NCBI RefSeq assembly: GCF_003231495.1
Contig: NZ_PQWO01000005.1
Span: 150,001 to 182,000, forward strand
DNA from: Acaryochloris thomasi RCC1774
Lineage (GTDB): Bacteria > Cyanobacteriota > Cyanobacteriia > Thermosynechococcales > Thermosynechococcaceae
DNA: 32,000 bases
Reading direction: 5' to 3'
In this document: positions 1 through 7,914 of the stretch, in pieces
Layout of the letters: each line of letters opens with the position of its first letter
How positions within the stretch are numbered: position 1 is the first letter of the stretch
Position numbers and translations under genes: made by a program
The notes under the pieces: generated by a model
Told to the model about the DNA's origin: nothing
Databases searched by the model: none
Seen by the model: only the letters and a program-made list of their open reading frames with translations

Positions 1-106
1 ATGCAGCCGTGGGAGATGCGCTCCTGACGCCCAAAGAGTGCGAAGATCTGATTCAGCTCACTAAATTGCCGAAAACAGCGGGAAAGACTGCCGTTGCAGC
101 CCGATG

Positions 107-121
107 ATGAGAACTTTCTCA
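107..121. promoter_or_regulatory. Palindromic 15-nt motif ATGAGAACTTTCTCA, copy 1; candidate operator upstream of the 339-6409 gene string
   Basis: Inverted repeat TGAGAA-CT-TTCTCA read directly. The identical 15-mer recurs at 6884-6898. Intergenic, and a TTGACA hexamer follows at 140-145. Confidence 0.35.
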
Positions 122-338
122 CAGACTCTTCACGTTCCATTGACAGGTGAATCCGAAGATCGAAGATAACTGCTATTGCTCATAGCAGATTGCAAAAGAA
201 TGTCTGGAATGTAGGTTTCACGATCTCGCAGAGAGAGTCGATCCCTATCTCTAAAAGATACGAAAACCTCGTTTCCTTATTTGGTTTTGGCCTCAGGGTC
301 ATTGGTGAGGAGTTTTCAGACATTCCTTACTTCAATTT

Positions 339-1421
339 ATGACTCCGAGCTTCTCAGGATGGAGACACATGACTCAACCCAAAGTTACCCTCGTCGTTAG
401 CCCGCGAGAGCGGTTTAGCTATACCCGTGCCTCTCTGGAGAGCATCTATGCAAACACCGACTATCCTTTCGACTTAGTCTTCGTGGATGTTTGTTCACCG
501 GAATCGGTGCAGACTTACCTCAAAGCAACGTCGCAGTCTTTCAAAATCTTGAGGACGGACCACTATCTTTCTCCTAACCAGGCTCGCAATGTGGGTCTTC
601 GCTACGTTCTCGACCACACCGACAGCCAATATGTTGTCTTCATTGAAAATGATGTTGTTGTAAAGCGGGGCTGGCTCACAAGACTGGTCAACTGCGCAGC
701 AGAGACAAATGCCAGTGTCGTTGGCCCCCTCACCTGTATTGGGAATCCGGCTCACCAGGTGATTCACAACGCTGGCGGTCAGTGCTATATCAAGACCGAC
801 TTTAAAAACGGTCAGGCTCGACGCCGGATTAAGCAATCTGCTTATTTGACCGGGCGGGCCGTGGCTGATGTCCGAGATCAGCTCCACCGTACCCCGTGTG
901 ACTATGTGGAATTCCACTGCATGTTGGTGCGCACCGACACCTTCGCCATGACCGGTCTGCTAGATGAAGGGATGTTGGCAACCCGAGAACATATTGATTT
1001 CTGTTTCATGGTGGCCCAGACCGGAGGGGAGATCTATAACGAGCGGGAAGCCGTCGTTACGACGGATACGTTGGGGCTGGCTTCCAATAAAGCGGGGTTG
1101 ATGGCCCGGTTTGGTCAGCTTAAGCTACCCGATTTTCAATGGTCAGACCTGCCCTACTTCATGCTGCGCTGGAGCGATCGTTGGGACCGCGCGAGCCTCG
1201 ACCATCTGCGACAGAAGTGGAACTTGGCTGAAGATAAGTACTTTACGAAACGCTATGCCGGACTGGGTAGTCGTCGCCATGAATTACTCATTCAGCCTAT
1301 TGTTCAGTACCTCACCTTTGGTAAGGGCAGTCCCTGGCTAGAAAAACTTTTGATCAGTCTAGAAAGGCCGTTCAACAACTACTGGTTTAACCGCTATGCC
1401 CAGCGTTTCGAACAGTCGTAG
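339..1421 (+). CDS. Glycosyltransferase family 2-like protein
   Basis: 360-aa ORF with a GT-A type N-terminus (KVTLVVSPRERFSYTRASLESIYANTDYPFDLVFVDVCS) and an acidic VFIENDVVV motif. ATG at 369 (MTQPKV) is an alternative start. Confidence 0.75.
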   Translation: MTPSFSGWRHMTQPKVTLVVSPRERFSYTRASLESIYANTDYPFDLVFVDVCSPESVQTYLKATSQSFKILRTDHYLSPNQARNVGLRYVLDHTDSQYVVFIENDVVVKRGWLTRLVNCAAETNASVVGPLTCIGNPAHQVIHNAGGQCYIKTDFKNGQARRRIKQSAYLTGRAVADVRDQLHRTPCDYVEFHCMLVRTDTFAMTGLLDEGMLATREHIDFCFMVAQTGGEIYNEREAVVTTDTLGLASNKAGLMARFGQLKLPDFQWSDLPYFMLRWSDRWDRASLDHLRQKWNLAEDKYFTKRYAGLGSRRHELLIQPIVQYLTFGKGSPWLEKLLISLERPFNNYWFNRYAQRFEQS

Positions 1422-1441
1422 GGCAGCAACTATCGATTACT

Positions 1442-2629
1442 GTGACTTGCATCATGAAACTACAGTGCTTCAATCCGAATGCTGCCCCCACCCGTGTGAT
1501 TTTGGTCCGACATGGGCGCAGCACCTATAACGATCAGGGGCGCTACCAGGGCTCCAGTGACGCATCAGTTCTGACGGCTCAAGGTCGTCAGGATGCGTTT
1601 CAGACCGGCCTAGCGCTCAATGATATTTCGTTCTCTGCCCTTTATGTCAGCCCTCTCCTTCGCACCCAGCAGACCGCTCAGGAAGTCTCAGCGGCATTCA
1701 AGTTCAGCCGCCGCTCTCCTATCTCCATCAATGTGCATGGCGATCTGAAAGAGATTGACCTGCCGCGATGGGAAGGGTTGTCCTATCGGCATGTGCAGGA
1801 AACGCTAACTGACGACTATCGCTGCTGGATAGAGCGTCCCCATACCTTTGAAATGTTGCCGCAGGCGGGGGCTAAAGATGTGAGCCCTCGGCGGCCTGTT
1901 CAGGATCTCTATGCTCAAGCGCGGCGATTCTGGCGGCAGGTGCTGCCGCGCCATGCGGGACAAACGATTTTAGTTGTGAGTCATGGCGGCACGATTAAAG
2001 CGTTGCTTAGTCAAGCTTTGGGGATTCCCTCTGATCAGTTCCATACCCTTCAGCAATCTAACTGCGGCATTAGCGTGCTGAATTTTCCGTATCAGCAGTC
2101 TGCCTGTCTAGAGGGAATGAATGATACGAGCCATCTGGGTGAAATTTTGCCAAAACTCAAGGCCGGGCGACAGGGGCTTCGTTTACTCCTTGTGCCGGAT
2201 ACTGGTGTCCCTGATCTTCAACCCAAGCTATTGGATCAGATGGAGATTACCTTCAGCGTCAGCAATGGTGAGTCGGCACAGCGGCTAGCAAAAATGCTCC
2301 TAGCCCAGAATCCACAGGCAGTGCAGCTGCAGATAAATCGAACCGATATCCCTCATCTCTGGCTTCAGACGCTCAATAAGCGGCAAATCTCAGGGCAAGT
2401 TGGGACTGAAATGCTGACGGGGCTGATGGTGGCAAAAACTGAAATTTTGCAGGAGATGCTCAGCCAAGTGCTAGGAGGGGATCCATCGTTAAGTAAGGGG
2501 CTATTACTCGCAGCTGGACGGGTGAATGTTGTTCACTATGCCAAATCACAGCCGCTGCCTATTTTGCAGGCGATGAACTTTGCTGATTTTGCTCTTTCAC
2601 AAAGAGGATCAATGTTATGCGCATCTTAG
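1442..2629 (+). CDS. Histidine phosphatase (PGAM-like) family protein with a degenerate second phosphatase-like domain
   Basis: Catalytic RHG motif (RVILVRHGRSTYN) and second His motif (ILVVSHGGTIKALL). GTG start at 1442, with ATG at 1454 as an alternative. The 3' end overlaps the next gene by 13 nt. Confidence 0.8.
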   Translation: MTCIMKLQCFNPNAAPTRVILVRHGRSTYNDQGRYQGSSDASVLTAQGRQDAFQTGLALNDISFSALYVSPLLRTQQTAQEVSAAFKFSRRSPISINVHGDLKEIDLPRWEGLSYRHVQETLTDDYRCWIERPHTFEMLPQAGAKDVSPRRPVQDLYAQARRFWRQVLPRHAGQTILVVSHGGTIKALLSQALGIPSDQFHTLQQSNCGISVLNFPYQQSACLEGMNDTSHLGEILPKLKAGRQGLRLLLVPDTGVPDLQPKLLDQMEITFSVSNGESAQRLAKMLLAQNPQAVQLQINRTDIPHLWLQTLNKRQISGQVGTEMLTGLMVAKTEILQEMLSQVLGGDPSLSKGLLLAAGRVNVVHYAKSQPLPILQAMNFADFALSQRGSMLCAS

Positions 2630-3630
2630 TAACCGGTGCTGCTGGGTTTATTGGGTTCCATTTGGCTCAGCGCCTTTTGCATGATGGGGTGCAGGTGTAC
2701 GGCATCGATAACCTTAATGATTATTATGATGTCAATCTCAAGCAGGCCCGCTTGGCTCAGCTCCGGTCGCACCCTAACTTTCAGTTTCAGTGTTTTGATC
2801 TAAGCGATCGCAACTCCACAGCAGCCCTATTTTCTGAACAAACCTTCGATTGCGTCGTTCATCTCGCGGCTCAGGCAGGGGTTAGATACTCAATAAAAAA
2901 TCCTGATGCCTACATAGACAGCAATATTGTGGGTTTTGCCAATGTTCTAGAAGGCTGTCGTCATCAAAAAATTGCGCACCTAGTGTTTGCTTCCTCTAGC
3001 TCGGTATATGGAGCTAGTCACAAAGTGCCGTCCTCCGTTGAAGACAACGTAGATCATCCGGTTTCTCTCTACGCGGCGACCAAGAAAGCCAATGAGCTGA
3101 TGGCCCATTCCTACAGTCATTTATACGACTTACCTGTGACGGGACTCAGGTTCTTTACGGTCTATGGGCCGTGGGGGCGGCCCGATATGGCTTATTTTGC
3201 GTTTGTAGATGCGATCGCATCCAACCAACCCATAGATGTATATAACCACGGATATATGGAGCGCGATTTTACCTACATTGATGACGTGATTGAAGGCATT
3301 GTTCGGGTCATTCACCGCCCACCCCAAACATCGGCGGCCCCTTACAAAATCTATAACATCGGCAATCACACCCCCGTCAATCTACTCCGCTTTATCGAGG
3401 TTATTGAAGCTGAACTGGGCAAAACTGCCCAGAAAAATTGGCTACCCATGCAGCCAGGGGACGTGCCGATTACCTATGCCGATGTGACCGATCTGATGCA
3501 AGATACTGGATTTCAACCGCAGACCTCCCTTGAGGATGGCATTCATGCTTTTGTGGAGTGGTATCACACGTACCACACGGTTAAGCTGCATTCTCTTCGC
3601 CACTATAGCGTCCGGCCTCGATGTGCATAG
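2617..3630 (+). CDS. NAD-dependent epimerase/dehydratase, UDP-glucuronate 4-epimerase-like
   Basis: GAAGFIG Rossmann motif at the N-terminus, YAATKKANE catalytic YxxxK, and FFTVYGPWGRPDMA plus RDFTYIDD motifs typical of the Cap1J/LpsL-type UDP-GlcA epimerase branch of extended SDRs. Confidence 0.8.
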   Translation: MRILVTGAAGFIGFHLAQRLLHDGVQVYGIDNLNDYYDVNLKQARLAQLRSHPNFQFQCFDLSDRNSTAALFSEQTFDCVVHLAAQAGVRYSIKNPDAYIDSNIVGFANVLEGCRHQKIAHLVFASSSSVYGASHKVPSSVEDNVDHPVSLYAATKKANELMAHSYSHLYDLPVTGLRFFTVYGPWGRPDMAYFAFVDAIASNQPIDVYNHGYMERDFTYIDDVIEGIVRVIHRPPQTSAAPYKIYNIGNHTPVNLLRFIEVIEAELGKTAQKNWLPMQPGDVPITYADVTDLMQDTGFQPQTSLEDGIHAFVEWYHTYHTVKLHSLRHYSVRPRCA

Positions 3631-3634
3631 TCAG

Positions 3635-4906
3635 ATGCCATCATGCTTTTGGCGATTCAGTCTGGGTCTAGTGGGATGGATCGTTATGCCTAGCCCCATC
3701 GCAGCGGCTCAGCCTTCTGTGACTACACCAGAGGACGAGACCTCCGGTTTAGAAGGACAAGTGATTACCCCGGTGTGGCAGCTCGTCCCAGAAGCTAAAG
3801 AAGTTGCTCCCAGACAGGTGCCAGTAGATAGCCCGAATGAACCAGAAACAGTTGAGTTCCAGCCCACGACTCAGCTCAGTGGTGAGGCTGTATTTGCGTT
3901 CGTCTATGCTGCAGGCGATCGTCCTGGGTCAGCGTCTATCCGTCCTAGTCTTGGGCGTCGAATCCGTTTGGATGTTGAAACCAGCTTTAGTGGCGAAGAC
4001 CAGCTTCGCTTCCGGTTCCAGAACACCAATGTTGCAGAGCTAGATGATGTCTTCGGGACCGATATGGCCCGTCTGTCGATTCAGGGGGATGACAAAAATG
4101 AGATTGCCCTCAGTCGCTTAGATTACACATTTCCCATTGGCGATCGCACCGAAGTCTTCCTTCCTGTGGTCGGCGGCTCCATTAGCGATATTGCTGATCC
4201 GCTCAATCCCCTCTTTAGCGGTAGCGGCAGCGGTTCGGTTTCGCGCTTTGGCCAACGCAATCCGCTCTATCGTCAGGGAGGGGGGGCCGGTGTGGGTTTA
4301 ACCCATGAAGTGACCGATCATCTCGAACTCAGTTTGGGCTATCTCAGCGATGCCGAGAATCTGCTGCCGGAAGAGGAGTACGTTGCCTTTGCCCAGGCCA
4401 CCTACGAACCCACGGATACCCTGAGCCTGGGACTGCTCTACGCCTATGGCTTCAACGGATTGGATACTGGCACGGGGAGCGAGCAGTCTAACGACCCATT
4501 TATGGATCAGAGTGATGCCATCTCATCTCACTCCGTCGGCATCCAGGCGACTGCAGACGTAACGCCCCAGTTCACCTTGTCTGGCTGGGCAGGCTTGACC
4601 CGCGCAACGGCCACCGATCTGTCCAATAGTCCCGAAGCTGATATTCTCAACTGGGCCGTTACGCTGGGATATTCTGACCTGTTGGGAGACAGCAATGTGG
4701 GCGGCATTGTGATTGGCTATCCGCCCCAGGTTATTTCTGTCCAAGGCCCCGCTACTCATTCACTGCACCTAGAACTGTTTTATAAAATCCATATGAATGA
4801 GCAGATTTCCGTCACCCCAGGGATTGTTGTAATTACCAACCCCGAGGCAGATCCCAATCGGTCTCCCATTGTCTTGGGAGCGATTCGCACCACCTTCGAG
4901 TTTTAA
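3635..4906 (+). CDS. OprB-type (carbohydrate-selective/cyanobacterial) outer-membrane porin without an SLH domain
   Basis: The ORF track starts at 3530, inside the epimerase gene. ATG at 3635 gives a signal peptide (MPSCFWRFSLGLVGWIVMPSPIAAAQP). The rest shows alternating beta-strand patterning, ends in aromatic ...TTFEF, and has TQLSGEAVFAF and LTLGYSDL motifs like cyanobacterial OprB porins. Confidence 0.7.
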   Translation: MPSCFWRFSLGLVGWIVMPSPIAAAQPSVTTPEDETSGLEGQVITPVWQLVPEAKEVAPRQVPVDSPNEPETVEFQPTTQLSGEAVFAFVYAAGDRPGSASIRPSLGRRIRLDVETSFSGEDQLRFRFQNTNVAELDDVFGTDMARLSIQGDDKNEIALSRLDYTFPIGDRTEVFLPVVGGSISDIADPLNPLFSGSGSGSVSRFGQRNPLYRQGGGAGVGLTHEVTDHLELSLGYLSDAENLLPEEEYVAFAQATYEPTDTLSLGLLYAYGFNGLDTGTGSEQSNDPFMDQSDAISSHSVGIQATADVTPQFTLSGWAGLTRATATDLSNSPEADILNWAVTLGYSDLLGDSNVGGIVIGYPPQVISVQGPATHSLHLELFYKIHMNEQISVTPGIVVITNPEADPNRSPIVLGAIRTTFEF

Positions 4907-4933
4907 TGGCTGAACCCTGATGAGGCATGGCTT

Positions 4934-6409
4934 GTGGCACGGCAGCAAAACCAGAACTTTTTTCTCCCTCGCTCAGCGCTAGCGCAGGTTTTTCGCCAGA
5001 CGCGCACCCGCATTTTGCTGCTGTACGTTTTTCTGATGCTTGTGTTCATGGGACTTTCTGTTCCTCTATTTCGCCATTTGATTGAGCGGCAAGTCTCACT
5101 GCGCGTTCGAGAAGACCTGGTAGAGGCTAGGGAAAACTTCATGGATGCCTATCTTGCCTGGGAAAAATCTCCTAATCAAACGCAGGCCGACCTCAAAGTA
5201 TTTGTGGATGAGTTTTTAGCCAATCAACTGCCGGAAGACGATAATTTCCTGATTATTTTGATAGATCAGAAACTTTACCGTTCTAATCCATCGCGATTAT
5301 TCAAGCCCCTGCGGCCCGATTCAAAGCTCTTCCAGTATTGGCTAAGGGTGAATAAGTATAGTCGTGGAGAATGGCTCACCCAGGATCCTCGGATTGAAAA
5401 GATCATCTACAAAGCAGATCCTCTGTTTTTAGAAGGAAAACAGCAGGGAATTTTTATCGTTGCTCACACTACGGCTGGTGAGCAGTCGGAGGCGTTAGCC
5501 AGCGTTTACATTTTTGCGCAGGTTGCAGCGGGCGTGCTGTTTCTTTCCTGTCTTTTAGCCTGGTTCGGCACGGGCTGGTTACTGGCTCCGGTGCGGGAAC
5601 TGGCGAAAACCGCACGCAATATTAGTGAATCAGATCTTTCCCAACGCCTCTCTGTTCAAGGAACGGGCGAATTGGCAGATCTTTCCCAAATCTTCAACGC
5701 GATGATGAATCGGCTGCAGTCAGCCTTCGACAGTCAGCGCCGCTTCGTCAACGATGCGGGTCATGAACTGCGGACGCCCATTACGATTGTGCGCGGTCAT
5801 CTGGAACTGATAGATGGTGACCCCAAGGAACAGCAGGAAACGATTGAACTGGTCCTTGATGAACTGGATCGGATGGGGCGGCTTGTGAATGACATGATCG
5901 CCCTTGCTAAATCCGAGCGTCCTGATTTCTTGCAGTGTGAAACGATTGAACTGAGTCCGTTCGTCCAAGATCTGTTTGCCAAAGCTCAAACCTTAGCAGA
6001 TCGCAACTGGCACCTATCGAGTCAAGGCTCTGGAACAATCGTGGCCGATCGCCAGCGGCTGACTGGGGCGTTGCTGAACCTGTTGAGAAATGCCGCACAG
6101 CATACTCAGCCGACAGATGTGATCGAATTGGGCTACAGACAAATGCCTGCTCAGGTCCGGTTTTGGGTTCAGGATACGGGGGACGGGATTTCTATAGACG
6201 ATCAGCACCGAATTTTCGACCGGTTTGCCCGCATTGAGGGCCAGCGAGTGGACGGATCGGGGCTGGGATTAGCGATTGTCAAAGCTTTCACAGAAGCCCA
6301 TCAAGGGACGATTGAGCTGGTCAGTCAGCAGGGGAGCGGCTCGACTTTTATCCTCACGCTGCCTCGGCAGCAGGGGCTAGAGACTCAGGGCAGCTTGTAT
6401 GGAGGTTAA
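4934..6409 (+). CDS. Sensor histidine kinase (2 TM, periplasmic domain, HAMP, HisKA, HATPase_c)
   Basis: H-box FVNDAGHELRTPIT, N-box LLNLLRNAAQHT, G-boxes DTGDGI and GSGLGLAIV. Two hydrophobic segments flank a roughly 150-aa extracytoplasmic region. GTG start. Confidence 0.9.
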   Translation: MARQQNQNFFLPRSALAQVFRQTRTRILLLYVFLMLVFMGLSVPLFRHLIERQVSLRVREDLVEARENFMDAYLAWEKSPNQTQADLKVFVDEFLANQLPEDDNFLIILIDQKLYRSNPSRLFKPLRPDSKLFQYWLRVNKYSRGEWLTQDPRIEKIIYKADPLFLEGKQQGIFIVAHTTAGEQSEALASVYIFAQVAAGVLFLSCLLAWFGTGWLLAPVRELAKTARNISESDLSQRLSVQGTGELADLSQIFNAMMNRLQSAFDSQRRFVNDAGHELRTPITIVRGHLELIDGDPKEQQETIELVLDELDRMGRLVNDMIALAKSERPDFLQCETIELSPFVQDLFAKAQTLADRNWHLSSQGSGTIVADRQRLTGALLNLLRNAAQHTQPTDVIELGYRQMPAQVRFWVQDTGDGISIDDQHRIFDRFARIEGQRVDGSGLGLAIVKAFTEAHQGTIELVSQQGSGSTFILTLPRQQGLETQGSLYGG

Positions 6410-6730
6410 TAAGTCTTGAAAACGAAAGGGTTTAGCTAGATAGTCATGGGCACCGGTTTGCAAAACGGCGTCGCGCACATCTATCTCTGCTGTCACAACA
6501 ATCACCGGGCCTTGGTTACCCAGTCGCTGTAGTTCTTGCAGGATGGCCCAGCCGTCTACTTTTGGGAGTCCTAGGTCCAGGATAATCAGATCGAAAGGTT
6601 GCGATCGCAACTCCTGAAGCGCCTGCTCTCCATCTATAGCCACTCGTGTCCTGAATCCGTTTCGGCGTAAACCTTTATCCACGAACGCAACGACCCGTTG
6701 TTCATCCTCGACAATCAAAATCAAACACAT
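6377..6730 (-). CDS. Stand-alone response-regulator receiver domain (OmpR-type receiver, no DNA-binding domain)
   Basis: Start chosen at ATG 6730 (MCLILIVEDE) rather than the ORF-track start at 6847. Acidic pocket EDE, phospho-acceptor in DLIILDLGLP, plus VVT and KPF motifs. The protein ends directly after helix 5. The 3' end overlaps the kinase gene by 33 nt. Confidence 0.8.
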   Translation of the reverse strand: MCLILIVEDEQRVVAFVDKGLRRNGFRTRVAIDGEQALQELRSQPFDLIILDLGLPKVDGWAILQELQRLGNQGPVIVVTAEIDVRDAVLQTGAHDYLAKPFRFQDLLTSIQAALSL

Positions 6731-6883
6731 CAAAAAGTACCAGATCCGTCGGTACAGTAGACAACTGCTATTTTGACCCGGTTGTCTTCTTAACTTCCAA
6801 GCTAGGCTCTTCCCAAAATTGAAGCGTTGACCCGTACATATACTCATTCTGACGTAACTATCTAAAGGTTACGAAAGGCTTGC

Positions 6884-6899
6884 ATGAGAACTTTCTCAT
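6884..6899. promoter_or_regulatory. Palindromic motif ATGAGAACTTTCTCA(T), copy 2; candidate operator upstream of the receiver gene
   Basis: Identical 15-mer to 107-121, here with 7-bp arms (ATGAGAA-CT-TTCTCAT). Lies about 155 nt upstream of the ATG at 6730 on the minus strand. Confidence 0.35.
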
Positions 6900-6964
6900 A
6901 AAGGGGTAGGATGCGAACGAATGTTAGATAGAGGTGTGCATTGTTTACCGGATGAATCTAGACC

Positions 6965-7630
6965 CTAAGCTCGCAGGCGATATCCCATGCCTCGAATGGT
7001 TTCAAAAACGCCACTTCCGAGTTTCTTGCGTAGATAGCCGACATAGACATCCACAATGTTAGAGCCAGGACTGTAGTCGTAGCCCCACACTCGATCAAGG
7101 AGCTGTTCGCGGCTGAGGACTTGACCAGGATGTCGGAAAAACGTTTCTGCTAGCGTAAATTCGCGCGCCGGTAGATCAACAACGCGATCGCCGACCGTAA
7201 TGCGTCGAGTGCGTAAGTCTAGTTCGATCTCACCCACCCTGAGCATCTGTGAGTCATCCTTCGATGAACCGGTATCCCGTAAGCGAACCCGGACCCTCGC
7301 CAGTAGTTCTTCAAAGCGGAATGGTTTGGTGACATAGTCATCAGCCCCGCTTTCTAAGCCCGTCACTTTATCGTGAATATCGTCTCGGGCTGTCAGAATA
7401 ATAACGGGGAGCGTTTCACCTTGGCCGCGTAGCTCCTCTAAGACCTGAAGACCATCTTTGTCAGGCAGCCCCAGGTCAAGAATCAGAAGGTCGAAGTCAC
7501 TGCCTAAAACTAGATTTAAGGCCTCACCGCCACTCTGGGATGTGGAGACCGTGAAACCATTGGCCTTTAGCCCCTTTTGAATAAAAGAAGCAATGCGAGG
7601 CTCATCGTCAGCAATTAAAATACGATACAT
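6965..7630 (-). CDS. OmpR/PhoB-family response regulator (receiver plus winged-helix)
   Basis: Receiver motifs (ILIADDE, DLLILDLGLPDKDG, KPF) and a C-terminal winged-helix (LTLAETFFRHPGQVLSREQLLDRVWGYDY...VDVYVGYLRKKL). ATG at 7630 preferred over TTG at 7639. Confidence 0.9.
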   Translation of the reverse strand: MYRILIADDEPRIASFIQKGLKANGFTVSTSQSGGEALNLVLGSDFDLLILDLGLPDKDGLQVLEELRGQGETLPVIILTARDDIHDKVTGLESGADDYVTKPFRFEELLARVRVRLRDTGSSKDDSQMLRVGEIELDLRTRRITVGDRVVDLPAREFTLAETFFRHPGQVLSREQLLDRVWGYDYSPGSNIVDVYVGYLRKKLGSGVFETIRGMGYRLRA

Positions 7631-7914
7631 GTTGAGCAAGAGTCCTATCTTGGCTCGGCGGATCGAGTTTTGAGACTGGAAGAAAGAAGATTAGAGGTTC
7701 GTGTCAGGACTGCGGCTGAGGGACTGTGCGAGCTTGATCTCCTAGGATCAACGCTATCAAACGGCTGTGGAATGGGCAAGCGCAGCAGATATTTACTGAA
7801 GACAGGCTTAATAACGGTTTGTTCCTCTACGGTCTTGAAAAGGAAACAAGAGAGACAGGACTTGAGGATTTAAACACATCCTCTAAGAGAATTAGAGCTC
7901 AGGGCGATGGAGAA

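Noticed and set aside
1-107. Open frame running in from the left edge (…AAVGDALLTPKECEDLIQLTKLPKTAGKTAVAAR, stop at 105-107); possible 3' end of a plus-strand gene.
   Set aside because: Only 34 codons are visible and I recognise no family, so I cannot support it as a feature.
495-917. 140-aa antisense ORF inside the glycosyltransferase gene. Similar nested ORFs occur at 1111-1341, 3130-3369, 3290-3487, 3837-4043, 4523-4759 and 5720-6208.
   Set aside because: They lie fully inside better-supported genes, have biased R/S/G/P-rich composition and carry no motifs. These are typical shadow ORFs.
3530-3634. N-terminal extension of the porin ORF (MRMAFMLLWSG...) overlapping the epimerase gene by 101 nt.
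   Set aside because: The extension is the out-of-frame shadow of the epimerase C-terminus. ATG at 3635 gives a proper signal peptide.
6731-6847. 39-codon N-terminal extension of the receiver ORF.
   Set aside because: The sequence (MSICTGQRFNFGKSLAWKLRRQ...) is not receiver-like. The receiver fold begins at MCLILIVEDE.
7670-7873. 67-aa ORF in the gap between the regulator and the BT1 transporter.
   Set aside because: It has no ribosome-binding site, an Arg/Leu-rich composition and an alternative start codon. The region is more likely the promoter of the regulator gene.
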